Positions 24,453 through 38,781 of a stretch of 64,000 nt of DNA are shown here, piece after piece (position 1 is the first letter of the stretch; each line of letters begins with the position of its first letter). The notes under the pieces were generated by a model. That model was not told the DNA's origin. It saw only the letters and a list, made by a program, of their open reading frames with translations, and did not search any database. The stretch is taken from assembly GCF_006345805.1 (NCBI RefSeq), contig NC_043017.1, forward strand, positions 30,194,001 through 30,258,000. Reading direction: 5' to 3'. The position numbers and the translations under genes were made by a program. Source of the stretch: Octopus sinensis. Taxonomy: Eukaryota.

Positions 24453-25934
24453 TATTGAAGAGGAAAAGGAAGAGGAAGAAGAAGTTAGAAGGGGAAGAAG
24501 TTAGAAGAAGAAGAAGAAAATTATGATGTGGAATATGTTGATTTCTGACTTAGGCACAAGGTCAGAAATTTTGAGGGGAAGGGTTAGTCGATTATATTGA
24601 TTCTAAACGTCACTGTTCCATTTTAGAATGTTAATGCGACGGTTGCACGCATTCGAATAAAGAAAGTATAGGACCTGTTAAGATAAACAAACCCGGCTTC
24701 TATAAACATGAATTATCAATAACATCACTGACAAAATTGTCCTATCTTTTTTAAATAATCGATTAGCTAGACAAACTAAAAATAAATATATAAAGAAAGA
24801 CAGATCTCAAAAGATTTCCATCGTGTTTAAAAAATATGTCGAGAAATTCTATTCAATAATTTTGTCTGGTAATGTTTAGCAGGAGCAAAAATATGAAAAA
24901 CGATAGAAATAGCAAACTCCACTTAGCGCTGACTTCTTCTGCTGTCAAACACTCCCCTGTTGATAAAGCACGTGATTCCACTCCTTAATTACCAAATCTA
25001 TTCCCATAGCAATGGAACCGTGTACCTATTACAATCGTCTTCACCATCATCGTCGCCGTTGTTATCCACAGCTAATACAATTATTATTTTCACCAGCAAA
25101 AAGATATCAGTGTTCTCTCCTTCTTTATCATCTCACTCCAAAAATAAGCTTCTTCAAATCAAAGACCGTTCATTAGATTAAACTATTACGGATGCCATGG
25201 CGACATGCAAAACCTAACTTTTAACCATTCCAAAGCCAGTTAATGACTCAGGGACAGCAAAACACGAATCGTTGCGCTACATGCCGGCCTTACTAAGAGA
25301 ACATGCCTTCAAGATGAATGTCTTTTCATCTGTCTTCCAGGTAGCAAACACACAATTACAAAAATACCAATAATCATACAATTCACAGAGGCGACATTGG
25401 TCCATTGGTCCCTATCTTATTCAAAGCCAATAAAACTATGCGTTAGCTGATGTCTATTCTGATAGCCCAAGTCCCATTCGCTGCAGTATCACCATCCATT
25501 ACTACAACAATACTGGTTCGTTTCTTGTACACACATTACGAAACGAGAACATCGAAAGAAAAACCGTCTTTATTGTACCTCAGAACGCAAGAAAGACCAC
25601 AGATTCAAGATGACTCCTGTTCTCTAACCAAGAGAAACATTAATTTTATTTTATTTTAGAAACAGTGATTCAAAGTAGACAACTCATTAAAAATCATGAA
25701 CATCTACCGATATCGCAGTGCACTTATATACACTAAAAATACCAATACACAGCAAAAGGGGCAATAAAGCGACATTGCAGCGCCTGAGTTATGTAGCTAC
25801 CTCAGCAATGACATGCCTGGTAAGTGCTGAAGATCTCACTACCAGAGTCAATTCACAACAGAGAATTCCAAATATTTCGTGCTGAAGGGCTGAACAGCTA
25901 AAGCCTTTCTTCACCGTATCTAATATTTATTTAC

Positions 25935-26057
25935 CTCAAACACTTTTAAAACGACGCTGAGATGAAACTTCCATAATTTACAATTGTTTGCTGACAATAT
26001 GCAATCGGAAGACAGTAGGAATTGCAACATGTCCTCCATGATTACAAAATAGAATGC
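25935..26057 (-). CDS. Isolated candidate exon, phase 0-0 (AFYFVIMEDMLQFLLSSDC...LKVFE)
   Basis: tgctatctctag acceptor, GAG|gtaaat donor, one frame open across 123 nt. Confidence 0.25.
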
Positions 26058-26174
26058 CTAGAGATAGCAATTATCAATGGCTCCTTGGAAGCAGAGTCCA
26101 TATACGACAAACCTAATGACTTAGCTACATTTGGGCTCAACAGACCACCTCAAACATTGTTATGCTTCCAGTAT

Positions 26175-26394
26175 ACTCTTTTACTCTCTTTTACCTGTTT
26201 CAGTCATCTGACTGCGGCCATGCTGGAGCACCGCCTTTTAGTCGAGCAAATCCCCCCCCAGGACTTATTCTTTGTAAGCCGAGTACTTACTCTATCGATC
26301 TTTCTGGCCGAACCGCTAAGTGACGGCGACGTAAACACACCAGCATCGGTTGTCAAGCAATGCTAGGTGGACAAACATACACACACACATATAA

Positions 26395-26440
<46 letters not shown>

Positions 26441-26602
26441 GACAGGCTTCTTTCATTTTCCATCTACCAAATCCACTCACAAGGCTTTGGTCGGCCCGAG
26501 GCTATAGCAGAAGACACTTGCCCAACATGCCACGTAGTGGGACTGAACCCGCAACCATGTGGTTGGTAAGCAAGCTACTTACTACAAAGCCATTCCTGTG
26601 CC
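26175..26602 (-). mobile_element. SINE family A
   Basis: Full structure, reverse strand. Confidence 0.9.
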
Positions 26603-27507
26603 TATGTGTCCAAATTTAAAGCAGTTCATCCAGTATTGCAATTATCACAATATATTTAATGGCAGGTGAATTATATATTCCTTTCTACCATTCATTTGAA
26701 AAATGCTATGTGTATCATTTTAATTCATAGGTTGATTTTTCTATAACAGAAGATTAATTCCAATGATGTTAACGATAATGTGAAGATTCTGCACAAATTC
26801 TCTCTTCATTGATCTCACTGTTGAGAAATAAAATTGGGAACTCACACTCCTCTCTTACTTAATTTTTTTGCACAGATGATATAAGTTCAACAATAGAATT
26901 AATCTCATTTCAGCTGTGAGCCCTTGCAAAGTCCCCACTATTATCCTGAAAGAGAGTAGATATCAATTTGTTTCTCCTCTTGTTAAACACGCCAGGAAAT
27001 CGCCGGACTCAGGATTGAGGGTCAAATATATTCTAGTACATTCTGCCATTTCAGTTTTTATAAAGAGAAATAAGTCTTTCGCGGTGATATAATCGTGAGA
27101 CCGCAATAATCTTCCAAATTAATTAATTCTTTAATTGATATAAAAGTAAATACAACCCCACCCACAACTTGTGATTAGATTGGCACAAAAATGTTTAAAC
27201 GGTGAAAGCCTTGAGCACATCAATAGCGGAAAAGCAAATATATTTAAACCACCACATTCCCCTAATTCCAGGATTTGGGCATCAACCAGCGGTGCACACA
27301 TAAATGGTAAAGTAAGCATGCCTATTAGAATATGCTCGTGCATTCTCACTGATTTCAAGTCCAGAGACCCTGATACCCTCAGCCATGTGTGCTAGGTCTA
27401 CATTTTAATACTGCTGCGCATTATAGTCTCTGTACATGACACAAAACATTTTATGAATTAAAAACAAACCCTGCAGTCGAACACACTTGTCAAAATACCA
27501 TAAATAC

Positions 27508-27740
27508 TTATTTCTTTACTAACCACAAGGGGCTAAACACAGAGAGGACAAACAAGGACAGACAAACGGATTATCGATTATATCGACCCCAGTGCGTAAC
27601 TGGTATTTATTTAATCGACCCCGAAAGGATAAAAGGCAAAGTTGACCTCGGCGGAATTTGAACTCAGAACGTAGCGGCAGACGAAATACCGCTACGCATT
27701 TCGCCCGGCGTGCTAACGCTTCTGCAAGCTCGCCGCCATA
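27508..27740 (-). mobile_element. SINE family B, full length
   Basis: 15-bp TSD aaataccataaatac at 27493 and 27741; head ggcggcgagcttgcagaagcgttagc with B-box gagttcaaattcc. Confidence 0.9.
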
Positions 27741-28429
27741 AAATACCATAAATACCTGACAGTTCTCTAATACTGGAATCGTCAAAAATCGTCTGAAACT
27801 CTCCAATGTGTCGCGAGCGTTACACCATTTAAACATTGCGACAGATACTTCATGGACTTTGTTAAAACAATGTTGTTTATAAATTTCCGAAGCCATATAA
27901 ATCTAAACCTCTAGGTAGGTTTCCAATACGACCTCTACAAAATCTATTTCACATCAAATAATATTCTGACAGGAGGTTTTACCTCAACAATCTCAGTTTT
28001 ATTGTACTTTAGTTACGAAAATCTCATTCCAAGTGTACCTAGAGAAATTTTGCGAATAACAGATATACGGCAACAGCCGCCATTGTCAGCATAATTTGGC
28101 CTCAAGTGTCAAATTTAGTTTCGTGAATTAATGAATGTAAACAATACGGATTAGAATGTTAAGACTCTTTCATACAAGGGAAAATATCAAGAAATTTACG
28201 AGACAAGACATTGTGTTTATCATTAATTTCTCTGGTGATACGATCAGCGAAAGATTTTTCAATCCAACCGACTTGAATAAGTAAATGAGATGTTAGAACA
28301 TCTAGTCATAATACCCTCGAAAATATCTGTATGAACACAGCTGAAAAGCATTAAATATCAAGTTTTTGGCGAGGTGGGGATGGTCTCTGGAATGGTGCTG
28401 AGCTGGTGCTAAACAACGAGAACACATCA

Positions 28430-28560
28430 TCACACCACAACCACCATCATCAACACCACCATCACAAATACTACCATCACAACACAACCACCACCACCTT
28501 CAACGCCACCACCATCACCATCTCCACCACTACCACCATCACCGACGCCAAATCCACCCC
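28430..28560. repeat. Imperfect (CAC/CAT) trinucleotide tract
   Basis: Direct reading. Confidence 0.9.
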
Positions 28561-28839
28561 CTCGTTCATGTCTAACCACCCTCCTTGCTTCTTTTGTTTT
28601 CGTTCGGTTTCCATATATGTCTCCACTGTTCTATTTTTGTTGCCAACTTTAAACCTCCATAAATCTAAAATTTTATTCTGGTATTTATCGGAGCAACTGT
28701 CTGCGAAAACCCATATTGTCGTTCAATGCTAGAAATGAGGAGTAGAAAGACAGCCGACAACTAATGAAAGGTCGATCTCTATGTTACTTGTTCTGTTTTC
28801 AATTTGATTCTCTCATTAGTTGTATATTTAACTAATTTG

Positions 28840-28896
28840 TTTTCGTATTTCTTGTCGAGTACTGTTGGTCACATCCTCTAAAAATATATGCATTTA

Positions 28897-28936
<40 letters not shown>

Positions 28937-29308
28937 ATCCAAACAAGAAAACAAAGAAAACACAACAACGCAAAGGTGTGGAACAAATAGAGTATTATTG
29001 GACGCTCAGGAAAGAAGGGAAGAAGGAGGGCTTAACTTTTCGAGCGGAGCTCTTCGTCGGAAACATAGAAGGAAAGATCCCGAGAAGGGAAGACAGAGGA
29101 AAAAAAATCGCCAGTGGTACTCACGAGGTCATATACCGGAGTAAACACATAAATGTGAAACAAGGTCGAAAAAAGAGTACTCAAATACCAGGGGTAGAGT
29201 AATATACTTTATTTAAAAGCAGCAGAAATTCAGCAAAACCTGTTACTCGGATTTTCACGTTCCCGTTCGTATCAGGTCTTGTTGAATTTCTGGTGCTTTT
29301 AAATAAAG

Positions 29309-29313
<5 letters not shown>
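28840..29313 (-). mobile_element. Putative Penelope-like repeat fragment with two hammerhead-like motifs and a 41-bp terminal hairpin
   Basis: Minus strand CCGACGA-A-GAGC(UCC)GCUC-GAAA at 29037-29060; second core inside inverted repeat 29202-29242/29273-29313. Class inferred from motif architecture only. Confidence 0.5.
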
Positions 29314-29347
<34 letters not shown>

Positions 29348-29829
29348 AAAGAGAGAGAGAGAGAGAGAAATGTAGATAAAAAAGAGAGAGTGAGTGAGAG
29401 AGAGAGAGATAAATACTATTTGTTTTACCTAGTTTCTTGGCGAGATATAAATCTCAGCTTATATTAGCAAATCTAATTAATTGACAGTTAATTTCGGCAC
29501 TGGAATGTGAAACCAATAATTCATTTCCGGAATAGTTAAGTAATTATTTCTAGTATCGGAGTTTAGTAACCTTCGATTTCTTCTTTGATTCTAGTTATTT
29601 CTACCAACCTCAGTTACCACCGAGTTTTCAATTTTTGGATGATGTGTTTTGGAGTCACTAAGTGCATTATTGGATGCTACGGTTGATTATTCTTGGGTCA
29701 TCCACGATCAGGAAGATTTATCATCAAATTCATTACAGCCGTGACCATCCCGTTTACTCATTTGCGAATGGAATTCACAATCATATTTACCACGAGTCTT
29801 CTGTTCTGAAAATATTTCATTCTTCATCA

Positions 29830-30195
29830 ATCTTTTATTTGTTTCAGTCGTTAGATAGAGGCCATGCTGGGGCAACGCATTGAAAAGTTTTTCGTCGATG
29901 ACCCAGTCCTTATATTTTCGATAATCCCGAAAATTATTGCGAACCGTTAATTTACGGGGACGGAAAAACACCATCACCGGTTTTTTAATTGGTGATGGGG
30001 AACAAAAGTAGCTACAAATGCACGATATGTGTATACAAATATACAGGGCTTCTCTCAGTTTCCCTTTACCATATCTTCACAAAGTGTTTTGGTCAACCTG
30101 AGTTTATAGTAGAAGACACTTGCCCAAAGTGTCCCACAGTGGGACTGAACCCGGAATCATGAGGTTAGAAAGGAATCTTCTTAGCACAGAGGTAC
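29830..30195 (-). mobile_element. Old, diverged SINE family A-related copy
   Basis: tttgtttcagtc...ggccatgctgg...agaagacacttgcccaa...gggactgaaccc, degenerate. Confidence 0.7.
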
Positions 30196-30677
30196 ACCTG
30201 CGCTTAAGCCGCACAACCACCCCTAGGGAACTTTGGCTACAATTTGTAAATGAGAGAAACTCAGTATGTTTAGCCCAGCACAACTCTCATCGAATACTAG
30301 TTTACAAACGCCTCTCGTTATATTATGCACTTGAACATCCCCAAAATATGAGATGAAAACAATTTAAAAGCAAGTAGCTTTGCGTAGTCCTTTTTTAAAT
30401 ATATTTTTGGAAAATAACCCATAACTTGTACCTCTTTCTAAATATTTGTATGGACTAGTGCACACTATATTAGGTTATCGATGAAACTCATACCAGGGTG
30501 AAGAAGTATATAAGGAAATTATGCAGATACTTAATGCCTCATTGAGCCGGAGAACTCAGTTACATATTCATATTTTAATCTTGATCTGTTAAATGAGTTT
30601 GATTTTTGTATATTTCCTTGTTAAAATATTTTATTTCAAGTATTTCCCGAAACAGCCGAAATCAGCCGCTTCTTAAT

Positions 30678-31090
30678 TCTTTATTGCCTACAAGGAGCTA
30701 AACATAGAGGAGACATACAAGAACAGACAAAGGGAGTAAGTCAATTACATCGACTCCCAGTGCGTAATTGGTACGAAATTTATGGACCCCGAAAGGATGA
30801 AAGGCAAAGTCGACCTCGGCGGAATTTGAACTCAGAACGTAACGGCAGATGAACTACCTATTTCTTTACTACCCACAAGGGGCTAAACACAGAGGGGACA
30901 TAAAAGGACAGACATAGGTATTAAGTCGATTATATCGACCCCCGTGCGTAACTGGTACTTAATTTATCGACCCCGAACAAATGAAAGGCAAAGTCGACCT
31001 CGGCAGAATTTGAACTCAGCACTTAACGGCAGACGAAATACCGCTAGGCATTTCACCCGCATGCTAACGTCTCTGCCAGCTTGCCGCCTT
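30678..31090 (-). mobile_element. SINE family B tandem dimer
   Basis: Full copy followed by a head-truncated copy; junction near 30857. Confidence 0.85.
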
Positions 31091-32358
31091 CCGAAAACCA
31101 CCTCTTGCTATATGCCGTCTATTTATGACAGTGGGATATGAACCACTGTTATCGCTGGAGCAAATATCATCTACAGTCTTCCTCATCACTTTGTCAATAT
31201 TGAAGAGGTAATGCATGCGTGCACTGTTAATACTTTTAATACTGCTATCTTCAGCAATACGTATACTTTTTCTACCTTAAGCTTTAAACGTGATCTTGTA
31301 CACGTTCAGTCAAATGTTTAATTCATTATCTTTCATTTGTTCGACTACAGCCCGTGTTTTCTTTATGTTTTGGGTTTTTTCAGGTGGTATTAGCATTTTT
31401 TGGCGTCTATTTCTAGCGCATGGTGAGGTTATGGTTAATCACTTGTTATAATGTGTATAATTATTATATATATATATATATATATAGTTCAAATTCACAG
31501 AAAGCAAAGTCAAAAACTGGTGTAGGTACAACAAGCAGGTGTGTTAGTTTTACGCACGAGAAGAATGAAAACGTCTTTAACATTCTGAGTCTACGCTCTT
31601 TGTCAGAAATGATTAAGAGGTAAAAATAGGGAGAGCGTGGGAAAAAATAAATTGTAGGGAATAACGGTTCACAACATAACAACACACACACACACACACA
31701 CAAACAAACATGGAGAGGGAAAGCGAAGCAAATGAGATTTTAAAATCCTGGCAGATATCAAATAAGCAATCAGTGTAAAGAAATAAGTTTAAATGTCCAA
31801 GAAGTAGATACGAGTAAATGTATGTAGAATAGAAATCTTGGGTGAATCCTCATGTACGACAGTTAAATCCAACAATCCTGACACAGAAGTTTTAGAAATA
31901 CAGAGTATATACAACAATCAACAATGTGCGATGAAAGAATATATATATGTGTGTGTTTGTGTGTGTTGGTTGTGAGTGTGTGTTGTTGTGAGTGTGTGTG
32001 TGTGTGTGTATAAATATCACTTTAAACTAAGCACCACTTTTAATCACATGGATCTTAATCCTCCAAAGAAATTTTTCCAAGGACTATTATCGAACTCTAC
32101 AATGTATCGGTATACTTATTTATTAATTTTTGTATATATTTAGTATCATTTTTTTGAAAAAAATCATTGGAAATTTCTTTTTTCACCTTCCTCAATTTAA
32201 AAAAAAAAATTATTTTCCCATCCAAATCCTCATCATTCGCTTTGCGATGAAAATCGGTTTGATTTATTATTTTTCCTTTTTTAACTTTCCATACACCCAT
32301 TTTTATTAAAATATACTTTAAATTTAGCATTCTGCCTTATAATTTTTTCCTCTCCAAT

Positions 32359-32359
32359 A

Positions 32360-32394
<35 letters not shown>

Positions 32395-32395
32395 G

Positions 32396-32429
<34 letters not shown>

Positions 32430-32433
32430 TATG

Positions 32434-32467
<34 letters not shown>

Positions 32468-32530
32468 TAATATATATATATATGTATATATATATGTATA
32501 TATGTATATATGTATATATGTATATATATG

Positions 32531-32588
<58 letters not shown>

Positions 32589-32651
32589 ATATGTATATAT
32601 GTATATATATATGTATATATATATGTATATATGTATGTATGTATGTATGTA

Positions 32652-32684
<33 letters not shown>

Positions 32685-32690
32685 GTTGCT
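32359..32690. repeat. Compound (TG)/(TA)/(TATG) microsatellite
   Basis: Direct reading. Confidence 0.95.
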
Positions 32691-33562
32691 GCAATTGAAT
32701 AAATAGTTGGATTTCAAATGTATAATCTACAATAAATATACGATTTTGTTCGTAGATATTGATTGTTATATATATATATATTATATATATATATATATAT
32801 AATATATATATTATACACAGATATTATACAGATATATATACACTAATATGCATACAGACTCTCACACACACACACATATATACTCACACACACGAGGGTT
32901 TTATGTGTATATATGTATGTGTGGGGGTTTATGTATGTGTCTTCTATCTAAAAATATATAAATAATAATTGATAAACTAATAATTATGAAAGATTTCTTT
33001 TGAGGGGTTTGTCGTCTTTTTTCCCTTTTAAATATATCATGAATGATACTACTGTTCAGAAATTCATAAAATGAAGGGCATCATAATAGCTTCATGCAAG
33101 ATATAAATTATTTGAAGTTGAATGGGAAAGGTTTAGAGATCAACTTACAGTTAGAAGAATTCCACTTGGTTTTCATATTTACGAAATATTAGAAGAGGCA
33201 CTTATAAATCCTTGTGCCATACAAATTCTTTGATATTTGGAACACGACTGTTGAGATGGATGAATAGGTTTTGCTGTAACTCTTCAAATTCTAGGAATTA
33301 AAATAAAATAAAATAAATATGTATTTTAGTCGAAAATTTAAGTTTCAGATAAAAAGATCTGGAAGGAAACTAATTGAAGATATTTTCATGTGTAACGTGG
33401 TATAAAATGATTTTAGCTGATTTAAACAGAGGTAACTTTATCATAGCAATTAAGGCTGCACCAACGAAAAAGATAAGAAAATTAGGAAATATTTCGTATG
33501 GAGATTACACTGCAGAAATTCCTGCCAGACTCACATTTAGGCTAATTAAGTGAGAGAAATAC

Positions 33563-33661
33563 CTGTAATGTTTTTTCTTTGTCTTTCAAGAACCGACATT
33601 CTATGAAACAGAGTTCATCAGTAACAGCTTTCAATTTATTTTGTTTTACGGCTAAGTTATT
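33563..33661 (-). CDS. Isolated candidate exon, phase 0-0 (NNLAVKQNKLKAVTDELCFIECRFLKDKEKTLQ)
   Basis: actttgttag acceptor, CAG|gtattt donor, open frame. Confidence 0.25.
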
Positions 33662-35599
33662 CTAACAAAGTTTACATTCTGTTAATCTTGTCTTCCACAC
33701 CAATTACACTCCATCACCTTGAATATTTGCTTTGAGATTTCCATCACTTGTCATTTTCTTACAAAGCGTTTCAACGTGCATATAATTGATAACCATCTCA
33801 TTGTAATCTGAATGTCCAATATTATTTGTCTCTTATATTCTTTTCCTATATAGCAGTATTTGCAATGTTTCAGATGTCTCTAGGCTAAACGATCGCTACG
33901 TGTTTGCATAATTTTTGATACAGTGTTGATAAACTGTGCAGTGAAAATATGAGCAGTAAAAACAATCATGTTGTAATTAACTACTTTTTCATTTGACACT
34001 TTTTTTTCTGTATCACTGCCTTTAGTAAATACAACTGGATAATATGCAGGTAATATACTCATAATTTGTCAATGTCAAAGACGTTTAAATTAGTGTGTTG
34101 TCGATAACGGTCTCACAGTTTAAGAGATAATATTTACCATTGCGTTGCGCTAGTTTTGCTGAGAGCACAAAGTGAACGTCTTAGACTTTGAAAAGATCGC
34201 AGTATAGGAAGAGTGTCAAGAAAGAAATATATTTTCTTTTTTCTCATAATTCTGATTAGTGGATGTTTCTTTTCGAGTGAAGTCGATGGAGGCAATGTTC
34301 TGTCGGAATCACAAACTCGAAGCTTGTAGGCAAAATATAAGCTTGGAAATAAAAGAAGCACAGCGTCCTGAGTTTGCCTGAAGTTTATAAAGAGCAGAAT
34401 AGCACAAGAGAGAAATAACGAAAATCAGAATGGTATATCGTTGAGATGGCACAAGCAACAAGAGTCAATAAAAAGAAATGAAGAGAAACTGGCAGTGATT
34501 ATTAATGGTTGATGCGTACTACAAGACTGGAATCGTTGCAATCTGCATTCTTTAGACGTATCTACGAGTAGTAACGTTACCAAACCAAATCAATGTGTAA
34601 AACCTTGATTTGGTCTCATATTTATACAAAATCAATAAGTGATCATCCTCAAAACATTATCCGACTCTAGGAAAGAAATTGGCTTTAAACGCCGTATTCC
34701 TAAGATTCCATATACAAGGCCGTAACGAGGTATTGTGTTATAGTGAAGATTAACATCTGCATTGAGTTTGAAAGATTCGGAAGAAGTATTGTTCCTATAG
34801 AAAGAGAAAGTAGCAAATGACGGTTAGATTGATACATGCTACATTTTTATTATAGTGTTGTTGAATAAAACTTCATTATTACGTTTTCATTGCAAGATTC
34901 TATTCAAGACGTATTCATGTTAGTAGTGCAATGTCTGCTTTCGTCATCTCGATATCTTTTTTTTTTTTTTTTTTTTTTTTTCTTACGATAATTTTGTGCA
35001 GATTAGAATCCGCATATTTCCACAGAAGTTACTTCTCTAACAGAGAGAAAATGATGGGGAAAAAAAAAAAAAAAAAAAGATATTAAATATATTTCCTAAA
35101 AGCTAAACACATTCGCTCCTAGAGAATGCCCTCGAAACAATGATAATCGACCTTCAGACAAACAAGCTTACGAACATTCTTTCTGGAATTGTTAATGGAG
35201 GATATGTTTGCAGTAGAACAAAGAAAAAATAAAACAGCAACAGAAACAATCTTATTCAGAATAGAATATAATTTGCTCTTCTTTATGTATTCTTAATGTT
35301 GTTTTCGAAGTAGATTTTTAAAAAAAAGTCTTTCCTTTCTTTCAGTTAGAAAAATCAATGACATTTAAATTGGTCATTGAAAATTGAATAATTTTCTTTC
35401 TGTATGAAATCTTCTATGCACATATGTGAATGTGTGTTTGTAAACAAGCGTCTGTGTATGTTTTATTGTGTGTGTGAGAATATTTTCTTTTGCTTTTGTT
35501 CTAGTAGAATCTTTTGACCTAATATGCGCAGCTCAACCAACATTCACACACTCCGCTAAAGAAATATAAAATCACTTGTAGAATCGGTTGTTTGAATAC

Positions 35600-35985
35600 A
35601 TTTAAATGTACATATACGCGTGTATGTGTTTATGTGTGTGTATAAATATATATACGCAACTATATATGTGTGTGTGTGTATATATATATATGTATGTACA
35701 TGTGTGCCTATGTAAAAATGTAGTATGTAGTCAAATGTATATATGGACATACATATGTGTATATATATATATGCACATTCATGGGTGTTTACAGACGCTA
35801 TACGCACTACATAACAAAGGTATAGACATAGATATAACCACATAAATAAACACACAGATGTACATATATACATATATTTATCTGTATGTATATATTTATA
35901 TATTTGTATGTATATATACACATATATATTGATATATATATGAATATACCCACATATATATATATATATATATACACAAACACAT

Positions 35986-36020
<35 letters not shown>

Positions 36021-36029
36021 CAAACACAT

Positions 36030-36064
<35 letters not shown>

Positions 36065-36120
36065 CACAAACACATACACACACACACACACAATATATAT
36101 ATATATATACACAAACACAT

Positions 36121-36212
<92 letters not shown>

Positions 36213-37633
36213 ATTATATATATATATATACGTTGTTATATGTATTTGTATAGTTATGCATTGTTCTATAAGTATATCTAGTAGGATATATACACACCTA
36301 AGCAAGCATACAGACGCGCATAAATGCATATATAATACACACCTATTCGCAAATCTAATTATTTTCATCGAGACGCAGAGATGTGAATATACGCGTATCT
36401 GTCTGAGGCTTTCCGCCTCTGTATAAGCGTCTAAATTATAATATATTTGTGCATCTGAATTTATACAATTTTGATTTGAAAGGGCATATATTAGTCGTAA
36501 AATCTGCAAGATTTATACGTACACATGAATGCATGGTTCTTGCTATGTATTCGAAATACCCATCATATACATACATACATGCATGCACACACACACATGG
36601 GACCGCACATACACGAATACATGTACACATATACATACATATACATAGATACATACATACATAGATACATACATAGATACATACATATATACATACATAT
36701 ATACATATACATATATACATATATACAAACATATACACATATACATACATATATATATACATATATACATATACACATAAATATATACATATAAATATAT
36801 ACACATATACACATAAATATATACATATAAATATATACATATATATATATACATATATTAATACATATATATATATATATATATACACATACACACATAT
36901 ATATACACATACACACATGTATATATATATATATACATATGCAGATATATATGCCTGTATATACACACGTATATTTTAACCAGCACACATGCCCATATAA
37001 ACTCAGACACACATATATATATATATATGTACGCGTGTGTGTATTTATAACGCTTACATTCCTATGTAATATAATTTAAATAACCCTTCCTATTTCAAGC
37101 TTTGCCTTTTCACCCCCACTCTTCCCAGTCTCTTCCTCTCTGTCTCCCTCCATCCATTCCTCTCTCTCTTTCTCTCTCTGAAATATATTGTATGTGACTG
37201 TGTTTATAAGTCTGTTTAGTGAAGTGTTTGTCTGCATGCATTCTTTTGATGAATTCCACCAGTTATACACAAGAGATAGATCGAAAGAAAAACAATGAAC
37301 AGATTCAATAAAAATTGTTTGCATAAAATATTGAACAAAGGATGAAGTGGAAGGAGCGACTTCCTGATCGTAATTATAGGCAAAAATCAATTCAATACTG
37401 TTCTTTAACTCTATGTAATTGTATGTATGCTTATATGTACCGCTTCATTGGAGGCATTTATTATTGTGTACACACGCAATTATAAATGCCTGGGAATGCG
37501 GATATGCATATATTCCGACGTACATATATACATACACACAAATAAATACACACACAGACGTATATGTATGTATGTATGTATGTGTGTATATATATATACA
37601 TACATACGTGTATATTTATATATAAACGCACAT

Positions 37634-37672
<39 letters not shown>

Positions 37673-37729
37673 GTACGTAAAGAATGAGTATATATATATA
37701 TACGTATATATTTATATATAAACCCACAT

Positions 37730-37779
<50 letters not shown>

Positions 37780-38004
37780 CATCTATGTACGCATGAATTT
37801 GTGTGCATATATAAATATATTAACATATCTACGTACGTAAAAATGAGTGTATATACATATATATATATGTACATACACTCATTTTTTACGTACCTAGATG
37901 TTATATGTATGTATGTGCGTTTATATATGAATATATACGTATGTATATATATATATATGTGTCTGTGTGTGCGCATGTATGTATATGCATGTGTGTATGT
38001 ATGC

Positions 38005-38039
<35 letters not shown>

Positions 38040-38070
38040 TATATGTCTGGATGTACGTGTATATAATATA
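35600..38070. repeat. Cluster of long compound AT/AC/GT microsatellites (35600-36230, 36560-37030, 37500-38070)
   Basis: Direct reading; roughly 44-nt higher-order unit tatacacaaacacatacacacac...tatata four times at 35970-36140. Confidence 0.9.
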
Positions 38071-38248
38071 ACGAGAGAAAGATAAAAATTGACGGCTAAA
38101 TTTAATTATTTAGATTTGTATGACGTAAAATGCGTGATTGAGTGTGGGTACGTGTAGATATAAACGTGCGAATAACTAAGAATTTTAGAGAGACTTTGAG
38201 AGATAATACATGAGCAAGGGACAGAGACAAAATGGAATGAGAGAGTGG

Positions 38249-38288
<40 letters not shown>

Positions 38289-38464
38289 GAGAGAATGGCT
38301 AGGCGTGTGTCCCAGAATGTATATAAAATTTATGAGACGTTTGGACTTCATCATAGATGTAGAGTAGTAGTAATATTGCCTAGCATTAAGTATATCAGGT
38401 CTAGTTTGTTATATTTTTCTGTAATGGGTCATGTGTGTTCATGAGTGTAGCCGTATGTCGTTAC

Positions 38465-38635
38465 GTTGTAAGTTAAAATTCTGCCGAGGTCGACTTTGCC
38501 TTTCATCTTTTCGGGGTCGATAGATTAAGTATCAATTACGCACTGGGGGTCGATATAATCGACTTAATACCTATGTCTGTCCTTGCTAGTCCCCTCGTGT
38601 TTAGCCCCTTGTGGGTAATAAAGAAATTGGTATTT
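38465..38635 (+). mobile_element. SINE family B, 5'-truncated
   Basis: ctgccgaggtcgactttgcc...gccccttgtgggtaataaagaaat. Confidence 0.85.
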
Positions 38636-38750
38636 AATAACAAATGCACGTGAATCTTTAGGAGGACCGATTATATATATACACACACATATATGAGTAT
38701 AATACACACAGATACGCGGGTGCACCAGATACACCAACATATATATATAT

Positions 38751-38780
<30 letters not shown>

Positions 38781-38781
<1 letters not shown>

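Noticed and set aside
27131-27395. Overlapping ORFs, one vaguely like GPCR TM2
   Set aside because: No diagnostic residues and several frames read equally well
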